From positions 4,270 to 68,269 of the IMG/VR virus record IMGVR_UViG_3300044858_005015: a stretch of DNA of 64,000 bases; one strand, 5' to 3'. The notes beneath the pieces are model-generated. The model made no database searches, had not been told where the DNA came from, and saw nothing but the letters and a program-made list of their open reading frames with translations. Made by a program: the position numbers and the translations under genes. This stretch comes from a virus. This document shows, piece after piece, positions 8,255-17,070 of the stretch (positions within the stretch are counted from its first letter, which is position 1; each line of letters starts with the position of its first letter).

Positions 8255-9211
8255 GTGTTTTAGTATTTATGATTACGGTACATTAGGATAGTTAGTCCAA
8301 GCAGAGACAGTGATACCGCTCTTGCCGCCAATAGTTTGTCCCGCTCCTAAAGTGTAACCTGTGGCATCTGGGCCGATATAAATGTTGGTTATGCCGGTAA
8401 GATAAAACGCATAGCTTCCAATGGAGCTGATGGGTTGGTTGAGATATGCGGAGGTTAAGCCTGTGCAGTTTTCAAATGCATAGTTTCCAATTGAGGTCAC
8501 GCTATTGGGGACTTTGAGGTAGCCTGTGAACCCATCGCAAAATCGAAAGGCGCGGTCTCCAATTGAGGTGACGCTGTTCGGGATGATTAGGTCGCCTGTG
8601 AAGCTGGAGCAATACTGGAATGCATAACTACCAATTGAGGTGATGCTGTTGGGAATAACAAGATCGCTATTTAGGTCTGAGCAGTCCATGAATGCAGAAT
8701 TTCCAATGGAGGTGACACTATTAGGAATTATGAGTTCACCAATAAGCTTCGCGTTGAATGCAAAATCTCCGGGAATAGTCGTTCTGCCATCCGCAATTAT
8801 TGTTCTGGTAAAGTTGGTTCCTTTGAATGCATATCCCCCGACAGATGTGACGCCAGTTCCGATGATGAGGTCGCCAGCTAAGGCGTTGCAGTTATAGAAC
8901 GCATCACTTCCAATAGTGGTAACGCTATTCGGGATAACAAGATCATTTGTGAGATAGTAGCAGCCGCTGAATGCGTTGCTTCCGATGGAGGTTGCTGAGT
9001 TTCCGATATACAGTTGAGTAATGTCGGTGTTGTTGGACTTCCAATTCTCTGGTATGTCTCCGTAGAGAAATTCTGTCTGTCCTGTGGTTCCATTGAAAAC
9101 TAAGGTCGGGGCAAGTGGAATGTCTTCAAAGCATCTAAGAGCAGTTCTTATGCCGGAAAGTGTTGTACTGGAAGCTGTGGTAAGTTCTATAGACATGTGT
9201 TTTAATATTTA
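8172..9211. repeat. ~98-bp near-identical direct repeat (8172-8269 / 9114-9211) covering late promoter and LRR gene leader
   Basis: Two mismatches by eye; includes TAAATA and codons 1-28. Confidence 0.8.
8273..9196 (-). CDS. BspA-type leucine-rich repeat protein (copy 2)
   Basis: Same repeats; first 28 aa identical and C-terminus near-identical to copy 1. Confidence 0.9.
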   Translation of the reverse strand: MSIELTTASSTTLSGIRTALRCFEDIPLAPTLVFNGTTGQTEFLYGDIPENWKSNNTDITQLYIGNSATSIGSNAFSGCYYLTNDLVIPNSVTTIGSDAFYNCNALAGDLIIGTGVTSVGGYAFKGTNFTRTIIADGRTTIPGDFAFNAKLIGELIIPNSVTSIGNSAFMDCSDLNSDLVIPNSITSIGSYAFQYCSSFTGDLIIPNSVTSIGDRAFRFCDGFTGYLKVPNSVTSIGNYAFENCTGLTSAYLNQPISSIGSYAFYLTGITNIYIGPDATGYTLGAGQTIGGKSGITVSAWTNYPNVP

Positions 9212-9829
9212 GGGATTATAAGTTAATATTTCTCCTGTGTATGTTAATGGTTGAGTGTTGTAAGTTATAGTGCCGCTCGGAATAGGAGCAGAATTAGTAA
9301 CCGATACCCCTACGGTATAACTACCGGCACTTAAATAGGTAATGCGAGTTCTGAGTTGAGTTCCTGATTCTAAAGCCTGAGTGGTAATAGTATAATGGAC
9401 GTTCTGGGTGCCTCCCGTAACTGAGGTGGTTACGGTTTGAGTGCTTAGAGGCAAGGTCCAAGAATATACATCAATACCGGTACTAAAGCCCTGAGGTATA
9501 GTATAAGATTCGCTATAAGTTCCCGGAGTAACTCTCAAAGTACCCGTTTGTGGTGAAGGGTAGTCAGTCCAGCTATTGGTACGAGGAACCGGAAGCACCG
9601 ATATCTGTCCTCCAATAGTGTCCATTTGACCTACGACAAGAGTAGTATTAAAGGTAAACAAAACTAGAGGTTCAGATTCTACAAACTCCGTAAACATACC
9701 TGAAGGAGTGCCCACGGATTTCCATTTAAGGGAAACACGCTCTCTAACTGTAGGTCCGTTGTCGCTCCTTCTTAGTAAACGTCGGCGAATTGATCTAAAA
9801 AGCTCTAAAGATGAGGGTACCCCTGCCAT
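9209..9829 (-). CDS. late virion-associated hypothetical protein (MAGVPSSLELF...)
   Basis: TAAATA upstream of ATG 9829; T/S/G-rich beta-type C-terminus. Confidence 0.6.
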   Translation of the reverse strand: MAGVPSSLELFRSIRRRLLRRSDNGPTVRERVSLKWKSVGTPSGMFTEFVESEPLVLFTFNTTLVVGQMDTIGGQISVLPVPRTNSWTDYPSPQTGTLRVTPGTYSESYTIPQGFSTGIDVYSWTLPLSTQTVTTSVTGGTQNVHYTITTQALESGTQLRTRITYLSAGSYTVGVSVTNSAPIPSGTITYNTQPLTYTGEILTYNP

Positions 9830-9976
9830 TATATTATATTTAATTTGTTCTACAGGAAAAGCTTGCCAGCCCTGAACAACTCTGTATAATAAACCTATGA
9901 TCACAGAACAACACTATACAAGACAGTATGAACATCCTGAAGACAGAATCTTTAAGGACAAAGAATATATCAACAG
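9637..9976. repeat. 340-bp direct repeat, copy 1
   Basis: Appears identical to 10541-10880 (offset 904). Confidence 0.95.
9863..9890 (+). promoter_or_regulatory. sigma70-like promoter (duplicated at 10767-10794)
   Basis: TTGCCA-N16-TATAAT, ATG 6 nt downstream. Confidence 0.7.
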
Positions 9977-10540
9977 AGCTATCAAAACACTTCTTCTCTG
10001 TCCCCTTATATGCTCTCCATGCCTCGGAAATATGGTTCCGCTCGAAAGAACACAACATGCTTCTGTAGTTAATGTATGCCGCGAGGATATTGGGGTAGCT
10101 GACTCTAAAATTGTGTTGAGCGATCAATGCGGGATTAGTGATCTTCCCGACATCAACCTCCGCAAAGGTCATATCCAACTGAGCCATCAGCAGCGCCCGC
10201 AGAGTATCCTTGGCAGCATCTCTCCGCTGTCTGTAGGCGATCCACAAAGCGGCGGAACTGGCGATACCAGCACCAATTACAGCGCCAGTCAAATTGATGA
10301 GAAGATCAACAAGAATCATGGAATTAGGGATGCGACGATAAGATCATTCGGTATGTTGATCGGGATTCCTTTGGGAGTGTTGCTTGTGGTAGCCGCTACC
10401 GAAATTCCATATTATTTGAAGGCGTGGAAAAAAGCTCAAGCGTGGAAGGAGAGGAAGCGCCGTAGAGAATGATTTTTTTTGGGAGAACGCCCGTCATCAG
10501 CGGAACTTACCCGCCGAGACGACTTCCGAAAACCACAACC
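9977..10540. other. 564-bp foreign, GC-richer insert between the direct repeats
   Basis: Composition shift; carries a 3'-truncated minus-strand membrane-anchored gene (ATG 10319, MILVDLLINLTGAVIGAGIASSAALWIAY). Confidence 0.75.
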
Positions 10541-10733
10541 CAAGAGTAGTATTAAAGGTAAACAAAACTAGAGGTTCAGATTCTACAAACTCCGTAAACA
10601 TACCTGAAGGAGTGCCCACGGATTTCCATTTAAGGGAAACACGCTCTCTAACTGTAGGTCCGTTGTCGCTCCTTCTTAGTAAACGTCGGCGAATTGATCT
10701 AAAAAGCTCTAAAGATGAGGGTACCCCTGCCAT
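10497..10733 (-). pseudogene. truncated duplicate of the 9209-9829 gene
   Basis: Same N-terminus up to FTFNTTL, then runs into the insert and stops. Confidence 0.75.
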
Positions 10734-10880
10734 TATATTATATTTAATTTGTTCTACAGGAAAAGCTTGCCAGCCCTGAACAACTCTGTATAATAAACCT
10801 ATGATCACAGAACAACACTATACAAGACAGTATGAACATCCTGAAGACAGAATCTTTAAGGACAAAGAATATATCAACAG
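10541..10880. repeat. 340-bp direct repeat, copy 2
   Basis: Appears identical to 9637-9976. Confidence 0.95.
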
Positions 10881-11073
10881 GCTACAAAAGCATGTCGATG
10901 AAGTGTATGAAAAGCTGTCACAAGACCTGAGACTCAATGAGAGGGGTAAAGATCTTCTCTTTGATTATCTTTATAACTGTGATGAAGATATTGAGTTTGA
11001 AGACTATGTGAATAGATTTGGTAGTGAATATGAGGCTATAGCTTTTAAGAAGCCTAGAAAAGTAAGGTACTAA
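10801..11073 (+). CDS. hypothetical protein (intact copy of the MITEQHY gene)
   Basis: ORF track; native AT-rich codon usage. Confidence 0.7.
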   Translation: MITEQHYTRQYEHPEDRIFKDKEYINRLQKHVDEVYEKLSQDLRLNERGKDLLFDYLYNCDEDIEFEDYVNRFGSEYEAIAFKKPRKVRY

Positions 11074-11080
11074 AACTCTT

Positions 11081-11350
11081 ATGAAATACAGAATCAAAGA
11101 AATAGAAGACACAGGGTTCGATCCATCTTATACTAAGTTAATTAAAAAAAATTACTACTACCCTCAGTATAAAAAATTCCTTTTTTGGCGTAGATTTGTC
11201 TGGTGGGGTGGAGAGGATGGCCGCACCCCTCGCACTGCCTTCTACACAACCAAAGAAGATGCTCTAGAAGCGATTGAAGCTGATAAAGAAGAACGAAGAC
11301 AAAAAGCTCTTGACAAACCTCAAAAACCTATCTATCATTACATAAACTAA
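11081..11350 (+). CDS. hypothetical protein
   Basis: MKYRI...YYPQYKKFLFW, a common small phage protein pattern. Confidence 0.65.
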   Translation: MKYRIKEIEDTGFDPSYTKLIKKNYYYPQYKKFLFWRRFVWWGGEDGRTPRTAFYTTKEDALEAIEADKEERRQKALDKPQKPIYHYIN

Positions 11351-11709
11351 TGAATATTAGAATCAACAACATTGGTGCAGTATCTACTAAGTATGATGGT
11401 TTTCATATTGTCAAGTATATGCCTAATGACTTGTATGGAAAACTAGAAGAATACCTTAAAGATGGCTGGGAAGATGATGGAGACTTTGTGGTGAAGCCTC
11501 AAATGTCCGTTGATAAAAATTGCTTCTCAAACAAAGAAAATCAATATGTTGTTGCTTTTCTAAAATATGAACAAAATAACTATTGTACTAGAATTGAATC
11601 AGTTAGGGATAGACTCTTAGATCTCAGTAAACAGGAGAGAGATGACTTCTGGGAGGTCTATGAAATTGCTGATAGAAAGATCTGTGAAAAAGCAGACAAA
11701 GATGAGTGA
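11350..11709 (+). CDS. hypothetical protein
   Basis: TTGACA-N17-TATCAT at 11310-11338 upstream. Confidence 0.65.
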   Translation: MNIRINNIGAVSTKYDGFHIVKYMPNDLYGKLEEYLKDGWEDDGDFVVKPQMSVDKNCFSNKENQYVVAFLKYEQNNYCTRIESVRDRLLDLSKQERDDFWEVYEIADRKICEKADKDE

Positions 11710-11765
11710 GCAGACTTTGGCTTTGTGTTGCCGAAATAGACTCTAGAAGAGATAAATAATAGATA

Positions 11766-11960
11766 ATGAATAAAGACTCTAAAATGCTGGCTGAGGCTTA
11801 TGATCAAGTTAAAAAGCATTTTATACCTGATAAATGGTATGCTCATTATATGGGATCTGTTGCTGGACCTTATGATTCTAAAGAAGAAGCATGGAAAGAT
11901 TGTGGTGGGGATGTTAAATGGATAAAGCTTGGAGAAGAAATAACTGAAAGAAAAGCTTGA
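11766..11960 (+). CDS. small late protein, possible internal head protein
   Basis: TAAATA at 11753; MNKDSKMLAEAY N-terminus. Confidence 0.55.
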   Translation: MNKDSKMLAEAYDQVKKHFIPDKWYAHYMGSVAGPYDSKEEAWKDCGGDVKWIKLGEEITERKA

Positions 11961-11993
11961 GTTGCCCTAGTCCTTCCTGTATACTAGAACATA

Positions 11994-12248
11994 ATGAAAA
12001 CTTGGAAAAAGCGTTTTGAATCTTCTTCTTGGTATGAATCTTATGAACAAGAAGAGGATACTAGTTCCCCTAGAACTGATCTAAAGGTTCAGGAATTATC
12101 TCTCGAAGCTATAGATGTTTGCTCTAATGAGCACTATCTAGTTATTAGCACTCAAAGATGGGCACTTGATGTAGAGGACATTGATGACTTTTGCCAACTC
12201 TTAAAAGACTTCATGAATAGAGAACTTAAACAGAAAAAAATAAAATGA
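11994..12248 (+). CDS. hypothetical acidic protein
   Basis: ORF track; TTGAGT-N17-TATACT upstream. Confidence 0.6.
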   Translation: MKTWKKRFESSSWYESYEQEEDTSSPRTDLKVQELSLEAIDVCSNEHYLVISTQRWALDVEDIDDFCQLLKDFMNRELKQKKIK

Positions 12249-12472
12249 AAGTTATTGACGAAGATACTGATATAATTAGCTTTGGAAAGTATTCTGGTAA
12301 AACTTACAGAGAGATTTGCGATATTGATCCAGAATATATTATTTGGTTGCATGAAAATGTAAAAGAAATTAAATTTAGAAAATCTTGGATTACTGCTATT
12401 GAAATGGATTTAAGAGAAGAAGCATCTGAACTTCATGATATTATTAGAGAGCATTATTATGATATTTTTTAG
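12245..12472 (+). CDS. exonuclease X C-terminal-like (FGKYxG) small domain protein
   Basis: FGKYSGKT..EI..IDPEYI.WL motif. Confidence 0.65.
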   Translation: MKVIDEDTDIISFGKYSGKTYREICDIDPEYIIWLHENVKEIKFRKSWITAIEMDLREEASELHDIIREHYYDIF

Positions 12473-12484
12473 AGATTAAACAAA

Positions 12485-12715
12485 ATGAAAACAACCTGCG
12501 AAAAAAGAGCAATTAAAATTGTAGAGCTTCAAGAAGAGCTTGAAGAGGCAAAAGAAATTATTTATAACTTTGTCTTTCCTTCAGATAGTACAGAACAAAC
12601 CCATCAAGCATTCCTTAAAAAAGCTGCTAGATTTATCGGAACACAAGCCCATTTTAGTGAGAAAAAGAACTATCTGAACAACTTGAACCTCATCCAGAAA
12701 AAATATAAACAATGA
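12485..12715 (+). CDS. hypothetical protein
   Basis: ORF track. Confidence 0.55.
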   Translation: MKTTCEKRAIKIVELQEELEEAKEIIYNFVFPSDSTEQTHQAFLKKAARFIGTQAHFSEKKNYLNNLNLIQKKYKQ

Positions 12716-12903
12716 AACCAAAAATAGTTAATTGGGAAATATATCATAAAAACTTTGAAATACTTGGAGAGTCTATTATGCATGCTGGAGGTAATCCCTT
12801 TAAAGTATTAAAAGATAATGAAGACTTTATGAGAATGCTTGCAAATAATCATATTGAAATAGGTTCTTGTGTTAAGCATAACCCAGATTTAAGCAATGAG
12901 TGA
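12712..12903 (+). CDS. hypothetical protein
   Basis: ORF track, ATGA coupling. Confidence 0.55.
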   Translation: MKPKIVNWEIYHKNFEILGESIMHAGGNPFKVLKDNEDFMRMLANNHIEIGSCVKHNPDLSNE

Positions 12904-13066
12904 TCTATGGTTTAATGTTAGATTTGGAGCATTTCATTTACAATGCAAAAAATATTCATTGACTAAATGGAATTTAAGCTATAATAGTTATTGGAGCAAT
13001 TGGAAATGGCTTAAAGAACCATTTGACATTTGCGAATTTGAATGGAAAGGATGGAAAAATGAGTAG
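12896..13066 (+). CDS. small Trp-rich hypothetical protein
   Basis: Manual translation MSDLWFNVRFGAFHLQ...WKGWKNE; fills the gap between neighbouring genes. Confidence 0.5.
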   Translation: MSDLWFNVRFGAFHLQCKKYSLTKWNLSYNSYWSNWKWLKEPFDICEFEWKGWKNE

Positions 13067-13493
13067 AAAACTAAAATTTAGAGTTTGGAACCCAACATAT
13101 CAAGAAATGTTGTATCCATCAAGCCCAACTAAAAATGGAGACTATGAAGAAAAAATTTATCTTCAATTAGATGGTCAATTAATTGGAGATTTTAAACATA
13201 CAGGTCTTATTAATTGCTCAGAACACTATGTCATTCAACAATTCACAGGAATGCTTGATAATAATGGTAAAGAGATCTATGAAGGAGATATAATCAAATA
13301 TTCAAGATTATTTGAAGCAACCTCCGATGAACCTACCCATATCAAAGAATTAACATCTTTTATTAGATATGAAAGTGCTAAATTTGGATTTGATTTAAAA
13401 GGATTTAATGATATGTTTTGTGATTTAAGTGATGGATATAATGTTGAAGTAATTGGAAATATTTTTGAAAATAAAAATACACTTGACTCCTAA
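13059..13493 (+). CDS. YopX family protein
   Basis: KFRVW...QFTGMLDNNGKEIYEGDII...EVIGNIFEN. Confidence 0.9.
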   Translation: MSRKLKFRVWNPTYQEMLYPSSPTKNGDYEEKIYLQLDGQLIGDFKHTGLINCSEHYVIQQFTGMLDNNGKEIYEGDIIKYSRLFEATSDEPTHIKELTSFIRYESAKFGFDLKGFNDMFCDLSDGYNVEVIGNIFENKNTLDS

Positions 13494-13510
13494 GACAAAT
13501 ACTATAGAAT
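13483..13510 (+). promoter_or_regulatory. sigma70-like promoter
   Basis: TTGACT-N16-TAGAAT, ATG at 13517. Confidence 0.65.
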
Positions 13511-13516
13511 AAAGTG

Positions 13517-14134
13517 ATGTCAGAAGAACTTAAAAAAATCTCTAAAGACCTTGACAAGCTTGAAGCAGAAAAAGAGACTTGGAAAGAAATGTATGAGATG
13601 CAAACTAGGCTTGTCCTCAGTCTAGAACTTGATAAGATTGAGAAAGAAAAAGAAATTGATAGCTTAAAAGAAACCCTCAAACTCCAAAAACATGTATACG
13701 ATGTAGGTGCTGAAGATTTAGAATTAGATAAAAGAATTGAATTTTTAGAAGAAACACAAAAACAATTAGCCAAATGTATTGAAAAATGTTGGAACTGCTT
13801 TGGTTATTCAAAATTCAAGATCTGGGACTTTGTAGATGGTTTAGAATTACTAGTCGAAAAGGTACAAGATGTTGTAGAGGATGAGAGAATACATCAAAAA
13901 ATAGTAGACCAGACCTATGACATCCTTACAGGGAACCCCCCTGTAGACCTACCTAAAGGTATTTTTAGCATTCCTAAATGTGTGGAAAATATGTTTGAAG
14001 AACTTAAAGATCTAGTAATTGAGAACAAAAGACTAGAAGACAAATTAGAAAGATATAGAAAAGAAAATAAAACTCTCCAAAGCTATCTCGATAACATTAA
14101 CAAAAATCTTAAACAGATGACCGGAGAAAAATAA
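13517..14134 (+). CDS. coiled-coil hypothetical protein
   Basis: E/K/L heptad-rich; ATG start after promoter. Confidence 0.65.
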   Translation: MSEELKKISKDLDKLEAEKETWKEMYEMQTRLVLSLELDKIEKEKEIDSLKETLKLQKHVYDVGAEDLELDKRIEFLEETQKQLAKCIEKCWNCFGYSKFKIWDFVDGLELLVEKVQDVVEDERIHQKIVDQTYDILTGNPPVDLPKGIFSIPKCVENMFEELKDLVIENKRLEDKLERYRKENKTLQSYLDNINKNLKQMTGEK

Positions 14135-14135
14135 T

Positions 14136-14435
14136 ATGACACTCAAAACCTTTACAACTCTCATTGAAGGACTCAAAAGCTATAGAGATAAAAAAGACAA
14201 GCTCTATACTTTAGGAATAGATATCCTTAGCTTTGATGAAGACTATTATAGAGAGGTAACAAGACCTTTGATGGTAGAAGCTTTTACTGAAGAAGGAACG
14301 GAATGGATCTATTGGTACTTGTATGAGAAGGAATCTTTATCAGGAGGACCTCTAAAAGCCTTTGACAAAGAGGGTAATGAAATCTGCTTTGACATTCCTT
14401 CATTATATGATACAATAAAAGAGTACTTAAAATGA
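14136..14435 (+). CDS. hypothetical protein
   Basis: EWIYWYLYE...I.SLYD pattern seen in small phage proteins. Confidence 0.65.
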   Translation: MTLKTFTTLIEGLKSYRDKKDKLYTLGIDILSFDEDYYREVTRPLMVEAFTEEGTEWIYWYLYEKESLSGGPLKAFDKEGNEICFDIPSLYDTIKEYLK

Positions 14436-14559
14436 CTATATGGCATGAACTGTTTCTAATTTGTTTTATTGTTGTTTGTGGTGCAATTGCAGTAGCCATG
14501 AAAGCTTTAGAGGATAAAAAATATTTTGAGGATGAAAAGAACTTGATTCAACCTATTAC

Positions 14560-14889
14560 ATGAGAGCATTTAAACTAAATTCTGATTGTCATAAAAGCTC
14601 TGGTTGGAAAATAGAAACCTGTAGAGAATTTATTATTTTTCTAAATGAGTATGCTGATATTCATTTAACAGAAACCGAACCCACTTTGATATGTTCTAAT
14701 AATGCTATGGAATTTGTTGAAAAGTTGCCTGTATTTCAATGGAGTCCTGTTAAATGTTCTGGAATATCTATACCAGATTATATAGGACATATTCAATTTA
14801 AAAACAAAAAAATAAAATTTATTAAAGATAAAGAGTTGGAAAATGTAGTTATAAAGACACAATCTGGAAACGTTATAGCTTCTAATTAA
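14560..14889 (+). CDS. hypothetical protein
   Basis: ORF track; first 15 nt identical to the next YopX gene. Confidence 0.55.
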   Translation: MRAFKLNSDCHKSSGWKIETCREFIIFLNEYADIHLTETEPTLICSNNAMEFVEKLPVFQWSPVKCSGISIPDYIGHIQFKNKKIKFIKDKELENVVIKTQSGNVIASN

Positions 14890-14890
14890 A

Positions 14891-15202
14891 ATGAGAGCAT
14901 TTAAATTTAGAGTTTACGACGAAAAGAAAAAATGTTGGGTAGAGGATTATATCCAATATTATCCAATGGATACTTTCGTTAAACAAGGTCATATTATTCA
15001 ACAATTTACAGGTATGTTGGATAAAAATCTTCAAGAAATTTATGAAGGAGATTTGGTAAAAGCCAAAACTGGTATTGTATATACATGCAAATATTCCAAC
15101 GAAGAAGCTGCTTTTATTCTTGAATTTGTAGATAGTTTTGTGTATCTTTCTGACTTTGATCATTTAGAAGTCGTGGGAAATATTTTTGAAAATGGAAATT
15201 AA
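14891..15202 (+). CDS. YopX family protein
   Basis: KFRVYD...QFTGMLDKNLQEIYEGDLV...EVVGNIFEN. Confidence 0.9.
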   Translation: MRAFKFRVYDEKKKCWVEDYIQYYPMDTFVKQGHIIQQFTGMLDKNLQEIYEGDLVKAKTGIVYTCKYSNEEAAFILEFVDSFVYLSDFDHLEVVGNIFENGN

Positions 15203-15229
15203 ATATCAAAAAAGACTGGAGATTAAAAG

Positions 15230-15670
15230 ATGAATGAAATTTACAGAGAAGAAGCAAAAAAATGGGAAGCTCTTTATGATGAGGTTTATGATGCTTTGTC
15301 AAATGAGATAGATAGAGATTCTCAAGGCGAATTAGAAACTTTGGGACAATGTGCCAAAAGAATTATCAAAGAACGAAACGAACTTATAGCTGAACTTAAA
15401 GAATACAGATCAATCGCAGAAAATATTGGAGCAGAAAAAGAAACTCTTAAACAGTTATCTCAATGGGAAGACTTGGTCTTTAGCCATCAAGAAGATTTTG
15501 AAAAAGAATTTTGTAGTGATAATGAACTTTTGGGTTTGTGGTTTGGTTCAGAATGGGTTAAAATCTGGTACATGCATAGTGAGGGAATACATTATACTAA
15601 TAGTTTCCCCATAAAAATCTTTTTAGAATTTGTGGAAAAATATGAAAGACACATATATTGCAAAAATTAA
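15230..15670 (+). CDS. hypothetical protein
   Basis: ORF track. Confidence 0.55.
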   Translation: MNEIYREEAKKWEALYDEVYDALSNEIDRDSQGELETLGQCAKRIIKERNELIAELKEYRSIAENIGAEKETLKQLSQWEDLVFSHQEDFEKEFCSDNELLGLWFGSEWVKIWYMHSEGIHYTNSFPIKIFLEFVEKYERHIYCKN

Positions 15671-15685
15671 AATTTATTATACAAT
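15658..15685 (+). promoter_or_regulatory. sigma70-like promoter of the queC operon
   Basis: TTGCAA-N16-TACAAT, ATG at 15692. Confidence 0.6.
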
Positions 15686-15691
15686 ATCGTA

Positions 15692-16426
15692 ATGTCTAAT
15701 ACTAAATCAGTTGTTATATACAGCGGGGGGATGGATTCAACAGTAATCTTACATCATGCTATTAAGAACTTTGAAGATGTTTATTGTTTAACATATAACT
15801 ATAATCAAAGACATAAACTTGAAATTGATAAAGCTATTAATTATACAGCTGATTTAGGTGTTGGTGAAGGTCAAAAGATTCAACAACATATTATTGTTGA
15901 TTTGACATTTTACGCTAAATTAGCTACTGCATCTGCTTTAACTAATCCTAATATTAATGTGCCTAAAATGGCGGAGGTAATTGGAGAAGCTCAAACTTTG
16001 GCGTATGTTCCAAATCGTAATACAGTAATGCTTTCAATTGCTGCTGGATATGCTGAATCTATTGGAGCAGAAACTATTCTTTATGGTGCTGCTATGGCAG
16101 ACGACACGAGCGGTTTTTGGGATTGTACAAATCATTACCTTGAACTTTATAACTCTATTTTAGCGCTTAACCGAAAGAATACTATTCAAGTTCAGGCGCC
16201 GCTTATTAAGATGTCTAAGAAGGAAATTATTCAATATGGCGTAGAGCTCGGTATTAATTTTTCTAAGACGTTAACCTGCTATAATGGGGAAGAGGTGGGC
16301 TGTTCTCAATGCCCGGCTTGTGCCGCTCGTTTGCGCGGCTTTATAGACGCAAAGTTAATTGATCCGGTTAAGTATGCTATAGACATTGACTGGACTAAGT
16401 ATGGGTGTCAGCCTATAATGTCCTAA
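15692..16426 (+). CDS. queC: 7-cyano-7-deazaguanine synthase QueC
   Basis: SGGMDS PP-loop, YNQRH, YVPNRN, FWDC, TCY..CSQCPAC Zn site. Confidence 0.92.
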   Translation: MSNTKSVVIYSGGMDSTVILHHAIKNFEDVYCLTYNYNQRHKLEIDKAINYTADLGVGEGQKIQQHIIVDLTFYAKLATASALTNPNINVPKMAEVIGEAQTLAYVPNRNTVMLSIAAGYAESIGAETILYGAAMADDTSGFWDCTNHYLELYNSILALNRKNTIQVQAPLIKMSKKEIIQYGVELGINFSKTLTCYNGEEVGCSQCPACAARLRGFIDAKLIDPVKYAIDIDWTKYGCQPIMS

Positions 16427-17070
16427 TGTGCTCTGTAGCAGGCAGTTCTAACCTCGAGAAAGCATATACTCTTTACAGGCTAGGTCTTGATAGAGGTTAT
16501 CAGTCATCAGGGTTCTTAGGAGTGACCCAGAACAACTTTGTCTTACTAAAGCAAAAGGATATCTTTGAACTCGACTATCTCAAAGAAGAGATGAAGCGTA
16601 CAGAGGAGTTCCCTGTCTACTGTTTGTTTCATTCAAGAGCTCCGACCAATACTGTTAGTCAAAGTTTTTCACCTAAGACTACACATCCCTTTTCGTTTAA
16701 GAATTGGTTTGTGGCACAGAACGGAATCATTCAGAACTTTAATGAACTGAAGACTGAAGCTACATGTATGGCCTTTAATGTCGACTCGGCTATGGTTCCC
16801 TATGACTTGTATTGGAAGAGAGGCGACATAGCTAAGACCTACGAACGTTATAAAGGCCTTTTAACTTCCTGGATCTATAATTCTATTACTGGTGAGATCT
16901 TCTTAGTTAAAGCCGGCTCCTCTCTACATATGGACGAAGATAGCTTTTGTTCAGTCTCTTTTGAAGGTTCTCATATAGTTGAACAAGACGGAGTAGTGAC
17001 TAAATTTAACGGAATGCAGTTTGAAATGTACCAGACCTTTAACTATGACAACCCCTATTTTATTTTATGA
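16426..17070 (+). CDS. class II (Ntn) glutamine amidotransferase
   Basis: Likely start is the ATG overlapping the queC stop (TAATG), giving MCSVAG with Cys2; RG..S.G, HSRAPT, HPF, QNGII.NF, VDS motifs. Confidence 0.85.
   Translation: MCSVAGSSNLEKAYTLYRLGLDRGYQSSGFLGVTQNNFVLLKQKDIFELDYLKEEMKRTEEFPVYCLFHSRAPTNTVSQSFSPKTTHPFSFKNWFVAQNGIIQNFNELKTEATCMAFNVDSAMVPYDLYWKRGDIAKTYERYKGLLTSWIYNSITGEIFLVKAGSSLHMDEDSFCSVSFEGSHIVEQDGVVTKFNGMQFEMYQTFNYDNPYFIL

Noticed and set aside
7319-9196. Diversity-generating retroelement (TR/VR pair) between the LRR paralogues
   Set aside because: Differences in the conserved ends are mostly synonymous and not adenine-specific, both copies are full genes, and no reverse transcriptase is in the window.
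9897-10472. 191-aa plus-strand ORF as a genuine gene
   Set aside because: It is a junction fusion: 27 native codons followed mainly by the antisense frame of the inserted gene.
9637-10880. IS element or composite transposon
   Set aside because: The repeats are native phage gene starts; there is no transposase and no terminal inverted repeats.
15692-16426. queC as a simple queuosine-tRNA auxiliary gene
   Set aside because: Not excluded, but no tgt or queF is nearby, and coupling to a GATase, a GT and replication genes favours another role.
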